From an uncultured bacterium (lineage in GTDB: Bacteria; Fermentibacterota; Fermentibacteria; Fermentibacterales; JCC-6), in NCBI GenBank assembly GCA_964423505.1, contig CAYREX010000009.1, positions 1 through 64,000 on the forward strand: 64,000 bases of DNA. Direction: 5' to 3'. Position numbers and translations under genes: made by a program. Shown piece after piece: positions 39,814 through 50,202 of the stretch. The first letter of the stretch is position 1; the number at the start of each line of letters is the position of its first letter. The notes below the pieces were generated by a model that was not told the origin of the DNA, did not search any database, and saw only the letters and a program-made list of their open reading frames with translations.

Positions 39814-41217
39814 ATGAGCAAGATCCTGCTGGTAAACCCCCAGTCGGCCATAGGGGTCTACGACAAGAGCAAGATACGGGTGGCCATCACGGCAGCGCCG
39901 TTCGTAACCCTGGCCAGCCTGGCCGGGGCCGCCCTGGAGGGCGGGCACTCCGCCCGGATAGCGGACCTGATGATAGAGGGCGACCCGGAGTGGGCCTACC
40001 GCAAGGCGCTCTCGGAGTACCGTCCGGACTTCGTGGGGGTGACGTTCACGACTCCGCTCTACCGGGAGGCGCGCGAGCTGGCCGCCACGGCGAAGGAGGT
40101 CCTCGGGCCCGGCGTCACCACTCTGTGCGGGGGCATCCACGCCACCGCCCTGCCCCGGGAGGTCCTGGAGGAGAGCGAGTTCGACATCGTCGTCATCGGC
40201 GAGGGTGAGAGGACCCTGGTCGAGCTGCTCGACGGCATGTCCCCCGATCTGGTGGACGGAATAGCCTACGGCACCGGAGAGGGCTTCGCCACGACCCCTC
40301 CCAGGGCGCCCATACGGAACCTTGACGAGCTGCCCTTTCCCGCCTGGCACCTGCACGACCTCCGCTACTACAGGGCGCCCCACATCGCCTCGCGGAGGAA
40401 TCCGGTGGGCTACATGGAGACCAACAGGGGCTGCAACCACTACTGCACCTACTGCAGCCAGAAGGTCTTCGGGCACCACGTCCGCTCCAAGTCTCCGGAG
40501 CGGGTGCTGGACGAGATGTACAGGATGCTGGACACCGGCTTCCGGGACATCCACATCAAGGACGACAACTTCACCGCCGACATGGACCGGGCCAAGCGCA
40601 TATGCAGGATGATGATAGAGAGAGGCTTCCCGGCCCCCTGGGCCCTGCCCACCGGCATCAACGTCCACGACGTCGACGAGGAGTTCTTCCGGCTGGCGAG
40701 GGAGGCCGGGTGCTACCAGGTCTCCTTCGGAATAGAGAGCGGAGTGGAGGAGATACTCCGGGGCGTCGCCAAGCGCCAGACGCCGGATGAGATGAGGCGG
40801 GCTGTCACGATGGCCCACGATGCCGGCCTGGAGACCGTCGGGTTCTTCATGATGGGCCTCCCCGGCGACACCGAGGAGACAATGAGGCGGACCATACGCT
40901 TCGCGTGCAGCCTCCCCCTGACCTACGCCAAGGCCTCGATGACCCTCCCCTTCCCCTCCTCCGCCCTCTTCCGGCAGGTGGACATGCGCGGCGGCATACT
41001 CTCAAAGGACTGGGACCTCTACAACTTCCACTGCACCACCGAGGTATGGGAGCACGAGAACCTGGACTGGGATACCATCAGGCACTACTACTCCAGGTTC
41101 CACAGGAGGTTCTACTTCAGGCCATCCTACATCTGGAGGCGGTTCTGGAGGGACATCCGCATGGGGCAGCTCCGGGACGACGTCAGGGCGGTGCTCTCGA
41201 ACGACTGGTCCGGTTAG
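39814..41217 (+). CDS. B12-binding (class B) radical SAM enzyme
   Basis: N-terminal cobalamin-binding-like Rossmann region; radical SAM cluster motif CNHYCTYC at about residue 205; 467 aa. Confidence 0.7.
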   Translation: MSKILLVNPQSAIGVYDKSKIRVAITAAPFVTLASLAGAALEGGHSARIADLMIEGDPEWAYRKALSEYRPDFVGVTFTTPLYREARELAATAKEVLGPGVTTLCGGIHATALPREVLEESEFDIVVIGEGERTLVELLDGMSPDLVDGIAYGTGEGFATTPPRAPIRNLDELPFPAWHLHDLRYYRAPHIASRRNPVGYMETNRGCNHYCTYCSQKVFGHHVRSKSPERVLDEMYRMLDTGFRDIHIKDDNFTADMDRAKRICRMMIERGFPAPWALPTGINVHDVDEEFFRLAREAGCYQVSFGIESGVEEILRGVAKRQTPDEMRRAVTMAHDAGLETVGFFMMGLPGDTEETMRRTIRFACSLPLTYAKASMTLPFPSSALFRQVDMRGGILSKDWDLYNFHCTTEVWEHENLDWDTIRHYYSRFHRRFYFRPSYIWRRFWRDIRMGQLRDDVRAVLSNDWSG

Positions 41218-41220
41218 ACG

Positions 41221-42480
41221 GTGTCGCTTCTGGAGCGGTACTGGGCGGTCCTCCTGCTCGCCGCCCTGCTCGTCTGCCTGCTGACCATCCTGCTCGAGAC
41301 ATCCTGGCCTGTGGCCAGGGTGGAGGTCGTCACCATCCCCTCCGGAGCGCTGCTCACCGCCGGTAACGGCTGGAGGTGGACCTCTCCCGCGCTTGTGCCG
41401 GTGCCCGACGAGGGCATCAGGCTCACCGCGACCCATCCTGACAGGATGCCGGTCGACACGCTGCTCACCACCGAGGAGGGCGGCGGTCGGCTCACCATCA
41501 TCCTGCCCTACACCTTCCCGGTCACGGTCACCAGCCGGCCACCCGGCGCTACCGTACTGCTGGACGGGGAGTACCGCGGGGTTACCCCGGTCTCTCTCGA
41601 GCTGGGCGCCCCCGGGACCTACCCGCTGAAGCTGACCAGCCAGGGGGTGGTGACCCTCCGGGACAGCGTTACCCTGGCCAGCAACGCGCCGGAGTCGCTC
41701 CACTACGTGCTGCCCGAGCTGCGGGAGGAGGGGATGCTCCTCGTCCGGAGGGAGTCGGTGGAGGGCTCGGAGCTGCCGCCCGGGCAGGAGGCCCTGCTCC
41801 CGGACAGCTTCCTCATCGGCAGGTACGAGGTCACCGCGCTGGAGTACCTCGGGTACCTGGCGGCGATGGAGCCCGACCCGGGCCAGGAGGAGGACCCCTA
41901 CAGGTGGAACAGGACCGAGACCTTCGAGTCCATCTTCCCCGGTGACTACCCGCTCCCGTACTACCAGGGGAACGGTGGGGGGTGGCAGGTGATGGAGGGG
42001 CTGCAGCACCACCCGGTGCCGGGGGTCTGCTACGATGCCGCCATGGACTACTGCCGGTGGCTCACCGAGACGAGGGAGGACGGGCTGACCTACAGGCTGC
42101 CCACCGAGGCGGAGTGGCGGGCGGCGGCGCAGGCCGGTGGCGACGGCCCCTGGCCCTGGGGGGCCACGGCGCCCTTCAGCGGGCTTCTGAACCTCTCCGA
42201 CTCGAACGAGATGATACTCCGGAGGCATCCTTCCATCGACGACGGTTTCTCCGAGACCGCCCCGGTGGGAAGCTATCCGCCGAACGGATGGGGTCTCTAC
42301 GACATGGCCGGGAACCTGTGGGAGTGGTGCGCCCCGGCCCCGGGCGACAGCCAGCCGGTCGCCATGGGCGGGAGCTGGCTCTCGTCGGCGGAGGACTGCA
42401 GGTGCGACTCGAGGATGGTGCCGGAGCCCGGCCTGGGCTTCCCGTTCGTCGGGTTCAGGCTGGCGGCGGACCCGGACTGA
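41221..42480 (+). CDS. Membrane-anchored tandem-PEGA / formylglycine-generating-enzyme (FGE-sulfatase, SUMF1-like) domain protein
   Basis: N-terminal TM helix; two PEGA-like beta domains; C-terminal FGE signature GWGLYDMAGNLWEWC...GGSW. Confidence 0.7.
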   Translation: MSLLERYWAVLLLAALLVCLLTILLETSWPVARVEVVTIPSGALLTAGNGWRWTSPALVPVPDEGIRLTATHPDRMPVDTLLTTEEGGGRLTIILPYTFPVTVTSRPPGATVLLDGEYRGVTPVSLELGAPGTYPLKLTSQGVVTLRDSVTLASNAPESLHYVLPELREEGMLLVRRESVEGSELPPGQEALLPDSFLIGRYEVTALEYLGYLAAMEPDPGQEEDPYRWNRTETFESIFPGDYPLPYYQGNGGGWQVMEGLQHHPVPGVCYDAAMDYCRWLTETREDGLTYRLPTEAEWRAAAQAGGDGPWPWGATAPFSGLLNLSDSNEMILRRHPSIDDGFSETAPVGSYPPNGWGLYDMAGNLWEWCAPAPGDSQPVAMGGSWLSSAEDCRCDSRMVPEPGLGFPFVGFRLAADPD

Positions 42481-42529
42481 GGCTACTTCCCGTCGACGTG
42501 CTCATTGGTTATTCTGGCCGGTAAGCGAT

Positions 42530-44305
42530 ATGCGCAAGGGGGACAGGAGGTGGACCGTGCCGAAGGGTGAGTATCCGGGAGGGCCGCTCTTCCCGGTCAG
42601 GAGCATACCCAGCATACCGATGGGGCTGCTGGCCGTGGCCGGAGAGAAGCCGGACAAGGTGGCCTTCCACGAGCCTGCGGCCGACGGGACATACCGCAGG
42701 GTCACCTACCGGGAGCTGGCGGCCGGTGTGGACCACCTGGCAAAGGCCCTGCTGGAGCTCTCGCCGGGGCCGGTGGTCGGCGTGACCGGCGACAACAGCG
42801 TCGACTGGTGCACGGTCTACCTGGCCACGCTGAGGGCCGGAGGCACCGTGGTGCCCATAGACAGGGAGCTGCCGGTCCAGGAGATGCTCGCGATACTCCA
42901 CTACTCGGGGGCGAACATCGTCTTCTTCGACGAGCGCTACGCCGAGGAGCTCCAGTCCCGGCTGGCCGGCCGTGAGAACGTCACCCTGGTCGCCATGAGG
43001 ACCGGGAGCTGCGAGGGCTGCGAGACCCTGGCCGCACTCGGGGAGAGGGGCGCGCGCAGCGGACGGGCCCTGCCGGAGAGCTACGACACTTCGGCCACGG
43101 CCTCCGTCTGCTACACGTCGGGCACGACGGGGCAGGCCAAGGGCGTCATGCTGAGCCAGGACAACATCCTGGCCAACATGAGGCAGATGCTGCAGTTCGT
43201 GGACATAAGGGAGGACGATGTCTTCCTCTCCATCCTCCCCGTGCACCACACCTTCGAGTGCACCTGCGGATTCCTCTGCCCGGTGGTCAACGGCTCCACC
43301 ATCTACATCAGCCGGGGGGTGAGGCACGTCGGGGAGGACATCAGGACCTCCGGGGCCACCATCATCCTGGCGGTGCCCCTGCTGTGGGAGGCCGTCTACA
43401 GGCGCATCATGAACGGCATACGCGCCGCCGGCGGAGGACCCGCCAAGTACAGGATAGGCCTGGCGGTATCGGCCATAGCGGAGAGGCTGGGCGCCAGGGG
43501 CGTCCGCAGGAAGCTCTTCTCCCAGGTGCACGAGAAGCTCGGGGGCAGGGTCCGCATATGCGTCTCCGGAGGGGCCGGGATAGCCGCCGAGGTGGTGGAC
43601 GGGTTCAGGAAGCTGGGGTTCGACTTCCTGCAGGGCTACGGCCTCACGGAGACCGCGCCGATCATCTCCGTGAACAGGACCACGGCCAACAGGGTCGGCT
43701 CTGTCGGCCCTCCCCTCCCGGACGTGGAGGTGAGGATAGAGGAGCCGGACGCCCTCGGGAACGGCGAGATAGTCGTCAGGGGGCCCAACGTCATGTCCGG
43801 CTACTTCCAGAACCGGGAGGAGACGGCAAAGGTGCTCTCGGGCGACGGCTGGTTCAGGACCGGTGACTACGGACACCTCGACGGCGACGGCTTCCTCTTC
43901 ATCACCGGCAGGAAGAAGAACGTCATAGTCGCCAAGAACGGAAAGAACGTCTATCCGGAGGAGATCGAGCTGAAGATAGGCCGGAGCCCGCTGGTGCTGG
44001 AGTGCATGGCGCTGGGGAAGCGGGCGGAGGCCAAGGGCGAGGAGATATGGCTCATCGTGGTGCCGGACATGGAGCGGCTGATAGAGATGGCGGAGGGCTC
44101 GGGCAGGAGCCTTACCACCGAGTTCCTGGCCGACCGCATACGGAGGATAGTCCGGGAGTACAACGCCTCGGAGCCGATCTACCGGAGGATAGCGAGGTTC
44201 ATCATAAGGGAGGACGAGTTCCCGAAGACCACCACGAGGAAGGTCCGCAGGCGGGAGGTCCTGAGGGAGGCCGGCCTGGAGGAGGAGGTCTCCTACAACG
44301 TCTAG
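42530..44305 (+). CDS. Long-chain fatty-acid--CoA ligase (AMP-binding family)
   Basis: YTSGTTGQAKGV, QGYGLTETAP, FRTGDYG, PKTTTRKVRRREV motifs. Alternative GTG start at 42557 with an AGGAGG RBS. Confidence 0.8.
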   Translation: MRKGDRRWTVPKGEYPGGPLFPVRSIPSIPMGLLAVAGEKPDKVAFHEPAADGTYRRVTYRELAAGVDHLAKALLELSPGPVVGVTGDNSVDWCTVYLATLRAGGTVVPIDRELPVQEMLAILHYSGANIVFFDERYAEELQSRLAGRENVTLVAMRTGSCEGCETLAALGERGARSGRALPESYDTSATASVCYTSGTTGQAKGVMLSQDNILANMRQMLQFVDIREDDVFLSILPVHHTFECTCGFLCPVVNGSTIYISRGVRHVGEDIRTSGATIILAVPLLWEAVYRRIMNGIRAAGGGPAKYRIGLAVSAIAERLGARGVRRKLFSQVHEKLGGRVRICVSGGAGIAAEVVDGFRKLGFDFLQGYGLTETAPIISVNRTTANRVGSVGPPLPDVEVRIEEPDALGNGEIVVRGPNVMSGYFQNREETAKVLSGDGWFRTGDYGHLDGDGFLFITGRKKNVIVAKNGKNVYPEEIELKIGRSPLVLECMALGKRAEAKGEEIWLIVVPDMERLIEMAEGSGRSLTTEFLADRIRRIVREYNASEPIYRRIARFIIREDEFPKTTTRKVRRREVLREAGLEEEVSYNV

Positions 44306-44389
44306 GCGCTCCCGCTTCCCCCGCGGGGCTTCCCCTGTAATATAATACCAGGATACTAGGAAATGAGGCACCATCCTGGAGGAGCCGGC

Positions 44390-45451
44390 ATGACAAGAGA
44401 AGTGAAGAGGTGCACCAGGTGCATCCTGCCCGAGACCTACCCGAACGTGGACTTCGACGAGAACGGAGTCTGCAGGGTCTGCAGGGAGTTCGACGAGCGC
44501 TACACCGACATCGACTGGGACGCCAGGCGCGCGAAGCTGGAGTCCGTGCTGGACCGGTACAGGGGGAAGGGGGTCAAGTACGACTGCCTCGTCCCCTTCA
44601 GCGGAGGCAAGGACAGCACCTACACGCTGTGGCTGCTCAAGAACCGCTACGACATGCGCTGCCTGGCCTTCAACTTCGACAACGGCTTCCTCGACCCGGG
44701 CGCCCTGGCCTTCGCGAAGGAGTCGGCGGCCAGGCTGGGGGTGGACCTCGTCACCTACTCCCCCGACTTCGACCTCCTGAAGAGGGTGTACAGGCGTGCT
44801 CTGGAGACCACGGGCGAGTTCTGCGCCGCCTGCGTCGTGCTCATGCCCACCGCCATCTTCAGGGCGGCGGACAACCACGGCATACGGCTGATAGTCGCCG
44901 GCTTCTCCGACATGCTGGAGGCGCCGCCGCCCGAGACATCGTACATGGACCGGGTCTGCTTCAGGAACATGATGAAGGACGAGATACCGCTCTCGGAGCT
45001 CAAGTGGGACTTCTTCTTCCCCTCCTGGAAGAGGATGTTCGGCGTCAAGCAGATCAACCTCCCCAACCACATGCCGTGGGACCTGCCCCGGATATACGAG
45101 ACCCTCAACCGGGAGCTCGACTTCGGCAAGACCATGAAGGACGTCAGGTACGACTGCCTCGGGACCCCCCACTCGAGCTACCTCTTCCGCCGGCGGACCG
45201 GGTTCGGCAAGTACGAGTACCTCTACGCCAACATGGTCAGGGCCGGCGTCATCTCCCGCGACGAGGCGCTGGAGATAGTCCGCGAGAGGGAGCCGGACGA
45301 GCCACCCGAGGGATTCGACGAGTTCCTCGCGATGCTGGGGGCCGACAGGTCGGTCCTGGAAGGCATCGAGGAGCGGTCCGTGTTCAACTTCCGGGGCAGG
45401 AACAGCCTCCTCCGCAGGATAGCGATATGGATCCGGGAGCGGATGCCCTGA
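44390..45451 (+). CDS. N-acetyl sugar amidotransferase (PP-loop ATP-pyrophosphatase; WbuX/PseA-like)
   Basis: N-terminal zinc ribbon CTRCILPETYPNV...CRVC; PP-loop SGGKDS; ~350 aa. Confidence 0.7.
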   Translation: MTREVKRCTRCILPETYPNVDFDENGVCRVCREFDERYTDIDWDARRAKLESVLDRYRGKGVKYDCLVPFSGGKDSTYTLWLLKNRYDMRCLAFNFDNGFLDPGALAFAKESAARLGVDLVTYSPDFDLLKRVYRRALETTGEFCAACVVLMPTAIFRAADNHGIRLIVAGFSDMLEAPPPETSYMDRVCFRNMMKDEIPLSELKWDFFFPSWKRMFGVKQINLPNHMPWDLPRIYETLNRELDFGKTMKDVRYDCLGTPHSSYLFRRRTGFGKYEYLYANMVRAGVISRDEALEIVREREPDEPPEGFDEFLAMLGADRSVLEGIEERSVFNFRGRNSLLRRIAIWIRERMP

Positions 45452-47034
45452 CCCCGTCCGGCGGACCCCCGGCAGGCCCCTCCGCCCGGCCGCTGCTGCT
45501 GCTGCCCCTTCTGCTCCTCCCGGCGGTCCTGCTGGTCGCCATGGGCGGCCCGTGGAGCCTCTCCGGTGACGAGGCGCTGACCGCCAGGCTGGCCGTATCG
45601 CCATGGACAACGGTCGTCTCCAGCATATCCGCCGACAACCACGTGCCCGGCTACTACGGCTACCTCTGGCTCTGGGTCAGGGCCCTGGGAGACTCTCCCG
45701 CCTCCCTGAGGGCCAGCTCGCTGCTGGTCGTGGCCGTCATGGTGGCCGCCGCCTGGAGGCTGCTTCCCCGGTGGACCGCCGTCATCGTCGCGCTCAGCCC
45801 CTTCACGGCGCACCTCGCGGTGGAGGTCCGGATGTACGGCATGCTGGCTCTCTGGGGGCTGCTGCTGCTGGCCGCGCTGCGGGCCTGGTCGACCCGCCCG
45901 GGGCTGCCCCGGGCGCTGCTCGCAGGCATCCTTGTATCGGCCGCCACCTGGACGCACCACTTCGGGTGGCTCGGCCTTCCTGCCGCACTGACGGTGATGG
46001 CCGGCAGGAGGGCATGGCGGGATATGGCTCTTGTACTCCTGCTGCCCCTGCTCCTCTACCTCCCCTGGGCCGCCACCGCGCTCTCGCAGCTCGGGCGGTT
46101 CGGCGGGGCGGCCCTGGAGGGGAGCAGCGTCTACATCCCGTCGCCGTCGCTCCCGGCGAGGCTGCTCGGTGTACCCTTCTCGCTGGCCGGGACCCTGCTC
46201 CGGTTCTCGTCGGGCACCTCGGTCTTCGACTTCGGGCTCTTCTCGGTCCGGTCTCTCAGCGCCTGGCTGCTCCCGGCGGCGGCCTCCGCGCTGCTCCTGA
46301 CCATATCCGCGGCGGCCGGGGCCTTCCGCCGTCGGGGGGCCGCCCTCTCCATGCTGGCCTGGGTGCTGCTGCCGCTGTCGCTGCTCAGGCCGAGCGCCAG
46401 GCACTTCGCGCTGGCCTTCCCGGCCTTCGCCCTGGTCGCGTCCGCCGGGCTGGCCGGTCCGGGGCGGGCAGCTTCGGCCGCCAGGAGGCTCCTCCCCCTC
46501 CTGCTGCTCTGCCTCTGGGTGCCGCTGGCCACCAGGTCCACGGTTCCACAGAGGACCACGTTCCACCGGGACTTCCGCGAGGCGGCCGGTAGGGCGGCGG
46601 AGACGGCAGCCGAGGAGGATGCCCCGGTGGTCGTGGACCTCGACCTATACTCCACGCTCGCCCTCCTCTACCACCTGGAGAGGCTGGAGGCGTCTCCGGC
46701 AGTCGCATGGCACCCTCACGGGGAGCTGCTCGGGAGCGACACCGTCTTCTACCGCAGGGTCCCGGATGCCACCGCCTACCTGACCGTCGACACCGACTCC
46801 ATGGTGGAGGACTGGAGCTCCCGGTACGGGCGAATCGTCCTGCTGGCCAACGACCCGACCCTCGCACGGGGGCCGGTGACCGGTGAGGAGAACCCGTTCA
46901 TCGGCATGGGCAGCGGCGTGATGTCCGACATGGACCTGCTGGAGGCGCTCGAGGCCCGGGCGGGGGTGGAGAGGGTCACGCTGAGCGGCAGCGAAGGTCC
47001 CTTCTCCCTCCTGGTGGTGGACTTCCGGCGGTGA
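45427..47034 (+). CDS. Polytopic membrane protein, GT-C/PMT-like glycosyltransferase or polymerase candidate
   Basis: 535 aa, Leu/Ala-rich with more than 10 TM segments; overlaps neighbours at both ends. Confidence 0.4.
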   Translation: MDPGADALTPSGGPPAGPSARPLLLLPLLLLPAVLLVAMGGPWSLSGDEALTARLAVSPWTTVVSSISADNHVPGYYGYLWLWVRALGDSPASLRASSLLVVAVMVAAAWRLLPRWTAVIVALSPFTAHLAVEVRMYGMLALWGLLLLAALRAWSTRPGLPRALLAGILVSAATWTHHFGWLGLPAALTVMAGRRAWRDMALVLLLPLLLYLPWAATALSQLGRFGGAALEGSSVYIPSPSLPARLLGVPFSLAGTLLRFSSGTSVFDFGLFSVRSLSAWLLPAAASALLLTISAAAGAFRRRGAALSMLAWVLLPLSLLRPSARHFALAFPAFALVASAGLAGPGRAASAARRLLPLLLLCLWVPLATRSTVPQRTTFHRDFREAAGRAAETAAEEDAPVVVDLDLYSTLALLYHLERLEASPAVAWHPHGELLGSDTVFYRRVPDATAYLTVDTDSMVEDWSSRYGRIVLLANDPTLARGPVTGEENPFIGMGSGVMSDMDLLEALEARAGVERVTLSGSEGPFSLLVVDFRR

Positions 47035-48482
47035 GGGGCGGCGAGGCGTTGGGCGGCAGGCACAGCAGGGGCAGCAACAGCCTGGTGATGGCTGGCGGTC
47101 AGCTCGCGGGCAAGGGCGCCCTGATGCTCTCCCTGATGGTGCTCTCCCGTTACCTTCGGGACGACCACTTCGGGATGCTCCTCTTCGCGGTGGCGCTGGG
47201 GCAGATACTCCTCTTCCTGGCGGACCTCGGCGTCTCGCTCGTCTCCAACAGGGAGTTCAGCCTGCACCCGGAGCGGCTGCAGAGCCTCTACTCCACCGCT
47301 CTCGGCCTCAGGCTCCTGACGACGGCGGCGGCCTGGACGCTGGTCATGGCGGCCGGCATCGCCGCCGGTTACGGCAGGACCCAGATGGTCATCCTCGCTC
47401 TCGTCGGCGCCGGCTCCGGGCTGGAGGCGGCGGCGGAGCTGCAGTACGCAGTCTTCAGGGCGGGGGAGAGGATGGTGTACGAGTCGCTGGCCCGGATAGC
47501 CGGCGGGGTCGGCATGCTGGTGCTGGTGCTCGCGGTCAGGGCGGCCGACCTCGGCCCGGAGGCTGCCGCAGGGGTGTACGCCGCCAGGGCCATGTTGGCG
47601 CTGGTCATCGGCTTCCTCTTCCTGGGCAGGTTCGGCGTGAGGCCGCGCCCCGGCTTCGGCGGCTCCCACCTGCTTCGGCTCCTGCGGGAGAGCTGGCCCC
47701 TGGGACTCATGGGGCTGCTCTTCATAGCGCTGCAGAGGCTCGACAACGTCTTCGTCAGGGAGCTAATCGGAGTGGAGGCGGTGGGCGCCTACAACGAGCC
47801 TTACAGGATACTGGAGAGCCTAACCCTGCTCATCACTCCCACGCTGCTGCCCGGCGCGCTCTTCCCCGGTCTGTGCAGGGCCTTCGAGAGGGGAAGCGGG
47901 GCCGCTTCGCGGAGGCTGGTCCGGATAGCCGGTCTGGTCACGGGGATAGCTGCGGCGGTGATGATACCCGTCTTCGCCGGCGGCATGGAGCTGCTCCGGG
48001 CGATATGGGGCGAGGGACTCCTCCGGGGCATCCCCCCGGCCGACTTCAGGGCCACTTTCCTGCTCCTGATGGCGGCGATACCGGCGGTCTTCTGGATGAA
48101 CTACCTCGTGGCGAGCGTGATAGCCGCGGGCAGGCAGCGCACGACCGTTCCCGTCACCTCCGCCGGGCTGGTGCTGAGCATCCTCGGCAACCTCATCCTG
48201 CTGCCCAGGATGGGCCTCCCCGGGGCGGCGGTCACGGTCATCGCCGTCAACCTCTTCATGTCGCTGGCCTACTACGTCGTGCTCAGGGGGAGGAACCCCC
48301 TGCCGCTGCTCAGTGGGAGCCTGCTGCCCGCGGCCTGCGCGCTCCCGCCGCTGGGTCTCATGGTCCTGACCACCGGATGGCCGCTGGTCCCCAGGATGCT
48401 GGCGCCCTTCCTGCTCTACCTGGTGCTGTGGGGCGCCACCGGCGGCCTCTCGATGCTGACCGGCGGGGAGGCCGGAGACTGA
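47031..48482 (+). CDS. wzx: Wzx-like oligosaccharide flippase (MOP superfamily polysaccharide biosynthesis protein)
   Basis: 483 aa, 12-14 TM helices, typical flippase layout; GTGA overlap. Confidence 0.6.
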   Translation: MRGGEALGGRHSRGSNSLVMAGGQLAGKGALMLSLMVLSRYLRDDHFGMLLFAVALGQILLFLADLGVSLVSNREFSLHPERLQSLYSTALGLRLLTTAAAWTLVMAAGIAAGYGRTQMVILALVGAGSGLEAAAELQYAVFRAGERMVYESLARIAGGVGMLVLVLAVRAADLGPEAAAGVYAARAMLALVIGFLFLGRFGVRPRPGFGGSHLLRLLRESWPLGLMGLLFIALQRLDNVFVRELIGVEAVGAYNEPYRILESLTLLITPTLLPGALFPGLCRAFERGSGAASRRLVRIAGLVTGIAAAVMIPVFAGGMELLRAIWGEGLLRGIPPADFRATFLLLMAAIPAVFWMNYLVASVIAAGRQRTTVPVTSAGLVLSILGNLILLPRMGLPGAAVTVIAVNLFMSLAYYVVLRGRNPLPLLSGSLLPAACALPPLGLMVLTTGWPLVPRMLAPFLLYLVLWGATGGLSMLTGGEAGD

Positions 48483-48550
48483 GCGGCCCGGGAACGCCGC
48501 CCGCCAGGCTGGCCGGACGTCTCCGCGAATCGGCCGTCGCCACCGTATCC

Positions 48551-50152
48551 GTGGGCGGCAATCCTGCCGCCTACCTCGCGGGAGCCCTCCTGCCGGTAAT
48601 TGCCGTCGTCCTGCTCGCGATGCTCGTCTTCGAGCCGGGTGTGGTCTACCGCGACGCCTACCAGCACCTGATGATGGGGCGGCATATGGCGGAGGGCGAT
48701 TTCGAGCCGCGCCTCGAGCCGTCACGGACCCCCCGGTACACGGCCATGGACATCGGGCTCCGCGACGGGAGGGAGGTCAGGTTCTGGAAGTACCCGCCCG
48801 GGGTCGCCTTGCTCCTGGTGGCGCCGGCGGTGCTTCTCGGGGGGCCGGAGGCGGCGCTCTACATCAACCCGGTCCTCTGCGTTGTCATACTTCTGCTGTT
48901 CAACCACCTCTGCCAGAGGCTGGTGGGCGGCTGGACAGCCGCCGCCGGGGTCATGCTGGTGATGATGAACCCGCTCTGGCCTCTCCTGGGCCCCTCCTAC
49001 CTCTCCCACAGGGCCGTCTCGCTGCTGCTCGTGGCCTCGCTGATACTGCTGGTCCGGACGAGGGAGACCGGCTCCTGGAGGAGCGGCCTGCTCTACGGGC
49101 TGCTGGTCGGGCTGGTTCCTTCGGTCCGTTATCCGGAGGCGGTCATCGTTCCCGCGCTCGCTCTCCCCATGATCGTCATGTCGCTCCGGGGCCGGCTTCC
49201 CAGGCGAGCCCTCTTCGGATTCCTCGCGGGGATGGCCCTGCCGCTGGCCCTGCTAGGCGTCTACAACATGGTGGCCTTCGGCTCCCCGCTCACCACCGGA
49301 TACTCCCTCTCGGAGGAGCAGTCCGCCTTCGGCCTCTCCTACCTCGGCACGAACAGCGGGATCTTCTTTACCGGCCTCCTTTCGGACATGGGCGCGCACG
49401 TAATCCTGCTGGCCGTCTGCGGCGTGACCCTGCTCCTGAGGAGGGGCGGCGAGAGGCTGCTGGCCGCCTCACTGGCACTGCCCTTCCTGATGAGCGTCAC
49501 CCTCTACGCCAGCTTCAAGTGGGAGTACGACGGCAGGTACTTCCTCCCGTTCGTCTACCCGGTGGTACTCTCGGTGCTCCTGGCCCTCGAATGGCTGCAG
49601 AGGAACGCGCGGAAGCTGCTTGCGCCAATGCTGGCCGGAGCCCTGGCGCTCAGCGCCGCGGCCGCCGGAGAGGAGGCGAGGGTCCTCCTGGTGGCCGAGG
49701 AGGCCGCCGGCAGCGCCAGGGCTGCGTGCGACATGGTCCGCGGCGCGGTCCCGGACGGGAGCGTCGTGGTCACGCACCCCAGCCTGGCCTGGACCCTGGA
49801 CTTCCTGGGCGACTACGAGATACTCGACGCCGGGCTCATGGTCGACTCCCCGGGCGCGCTGGACAGCCTCATGCCAATGCTGCGCGGCAGCCCCCTCTAC
49901 GTGCTGGTGACCGGCCACTACGTGGATGCGCTCACCTTCCTGCAGGGCGACATGCTGGACGTTCAGCCGCTGGACAGCCTGGTCAGGCTGAACAGGGGCT
50001 GGCTCAGGATGGAGGACCAGGACCTCTCCGGGCTGCTCTGGAGCAGCACCCAGAAGCGGATGGAGTACGTCCTCCTCAGGGTGACCCCCCTTTCACCGGA
50101 GCGGGTCGGCGGGGTCGCGGATGACGCGGGGGAGGGGGATGGCGTATACTAG
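48551..50152 (+). CDS. Polytopic membrane protein, GT-C-like glycosyltransferase candidate
   Basis: 533 aa counted from GTG 48551 (an ATG alternative lies at 48620); many TM helices and a soluble C-terminal domain. Confidence 0.4.
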   Translation: MGGNPAAYLAGALLPVIAVVLLAMLVFEPGVVYRDAYQHLMMGRHMAEGDFEPRLEPSRTPRYTAMDIGLRDGREVRFWKYPPGVALLLVAPAVLLGGPEAALYINPVLCVVILLLFNHLCQRLVGGWTAAAGVMLVMMNPLWPLLGPSYLSHRAVSLLLVASLILLVRTRETGSWRSGLLYGLLVGLVPSVRYPEAVIVPALALPMIVMSLRGRLPRRALFGFLAGMALPLALLGVYNMVAFGSPLTTGYSLSEEQSAFGLSYLGTNSGIFFTGLLSDMGAHVILLAVCGVTLLLRRGGERLLAASLALPFLMSVTLYASFKWEYDGRYFLPFVYPVVLSVLLALEWLQRNARKLLAPMLAGALALSAAAAGEEARVLLVAEEAAGSARAACDMVRGAVPDGSVVVTHPSLAWTLDFLGDYEILDAGLMVDSPGALDSLMPMLRGSPLYVLVTGHYVDALTFLQGDMLDVQPLDSLVRLNRGWLRMEDQDLSGLLWSSTQKRMEYVLLRVTPLSPERVGGVADDAGEGDGVY

Positions 50153-50169
50153 ATGCTGTGTAGCAGCAT
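50153..50169. promoter_or_regulatory. Palindrome ATGCTG-tgtag-CAGCAT between the glycan cluster and parE
   Basis: Read directly after the stop at 50152; possible operator or weak terminator. Confidence 0.3.
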
Positions 50170-50202
50170 TCCCGGCAACGGAACATATGGTATGGCGGAG
50201 AG

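Noticed and set aside
42509-45610. 1033-aa minus-strand ORF across the acyl-CoA ligase and amidotransferase genes
   Set aside because: Antisense shadow ORF; the plus-strand genes carry AMP-binding and PP-loop motifs.
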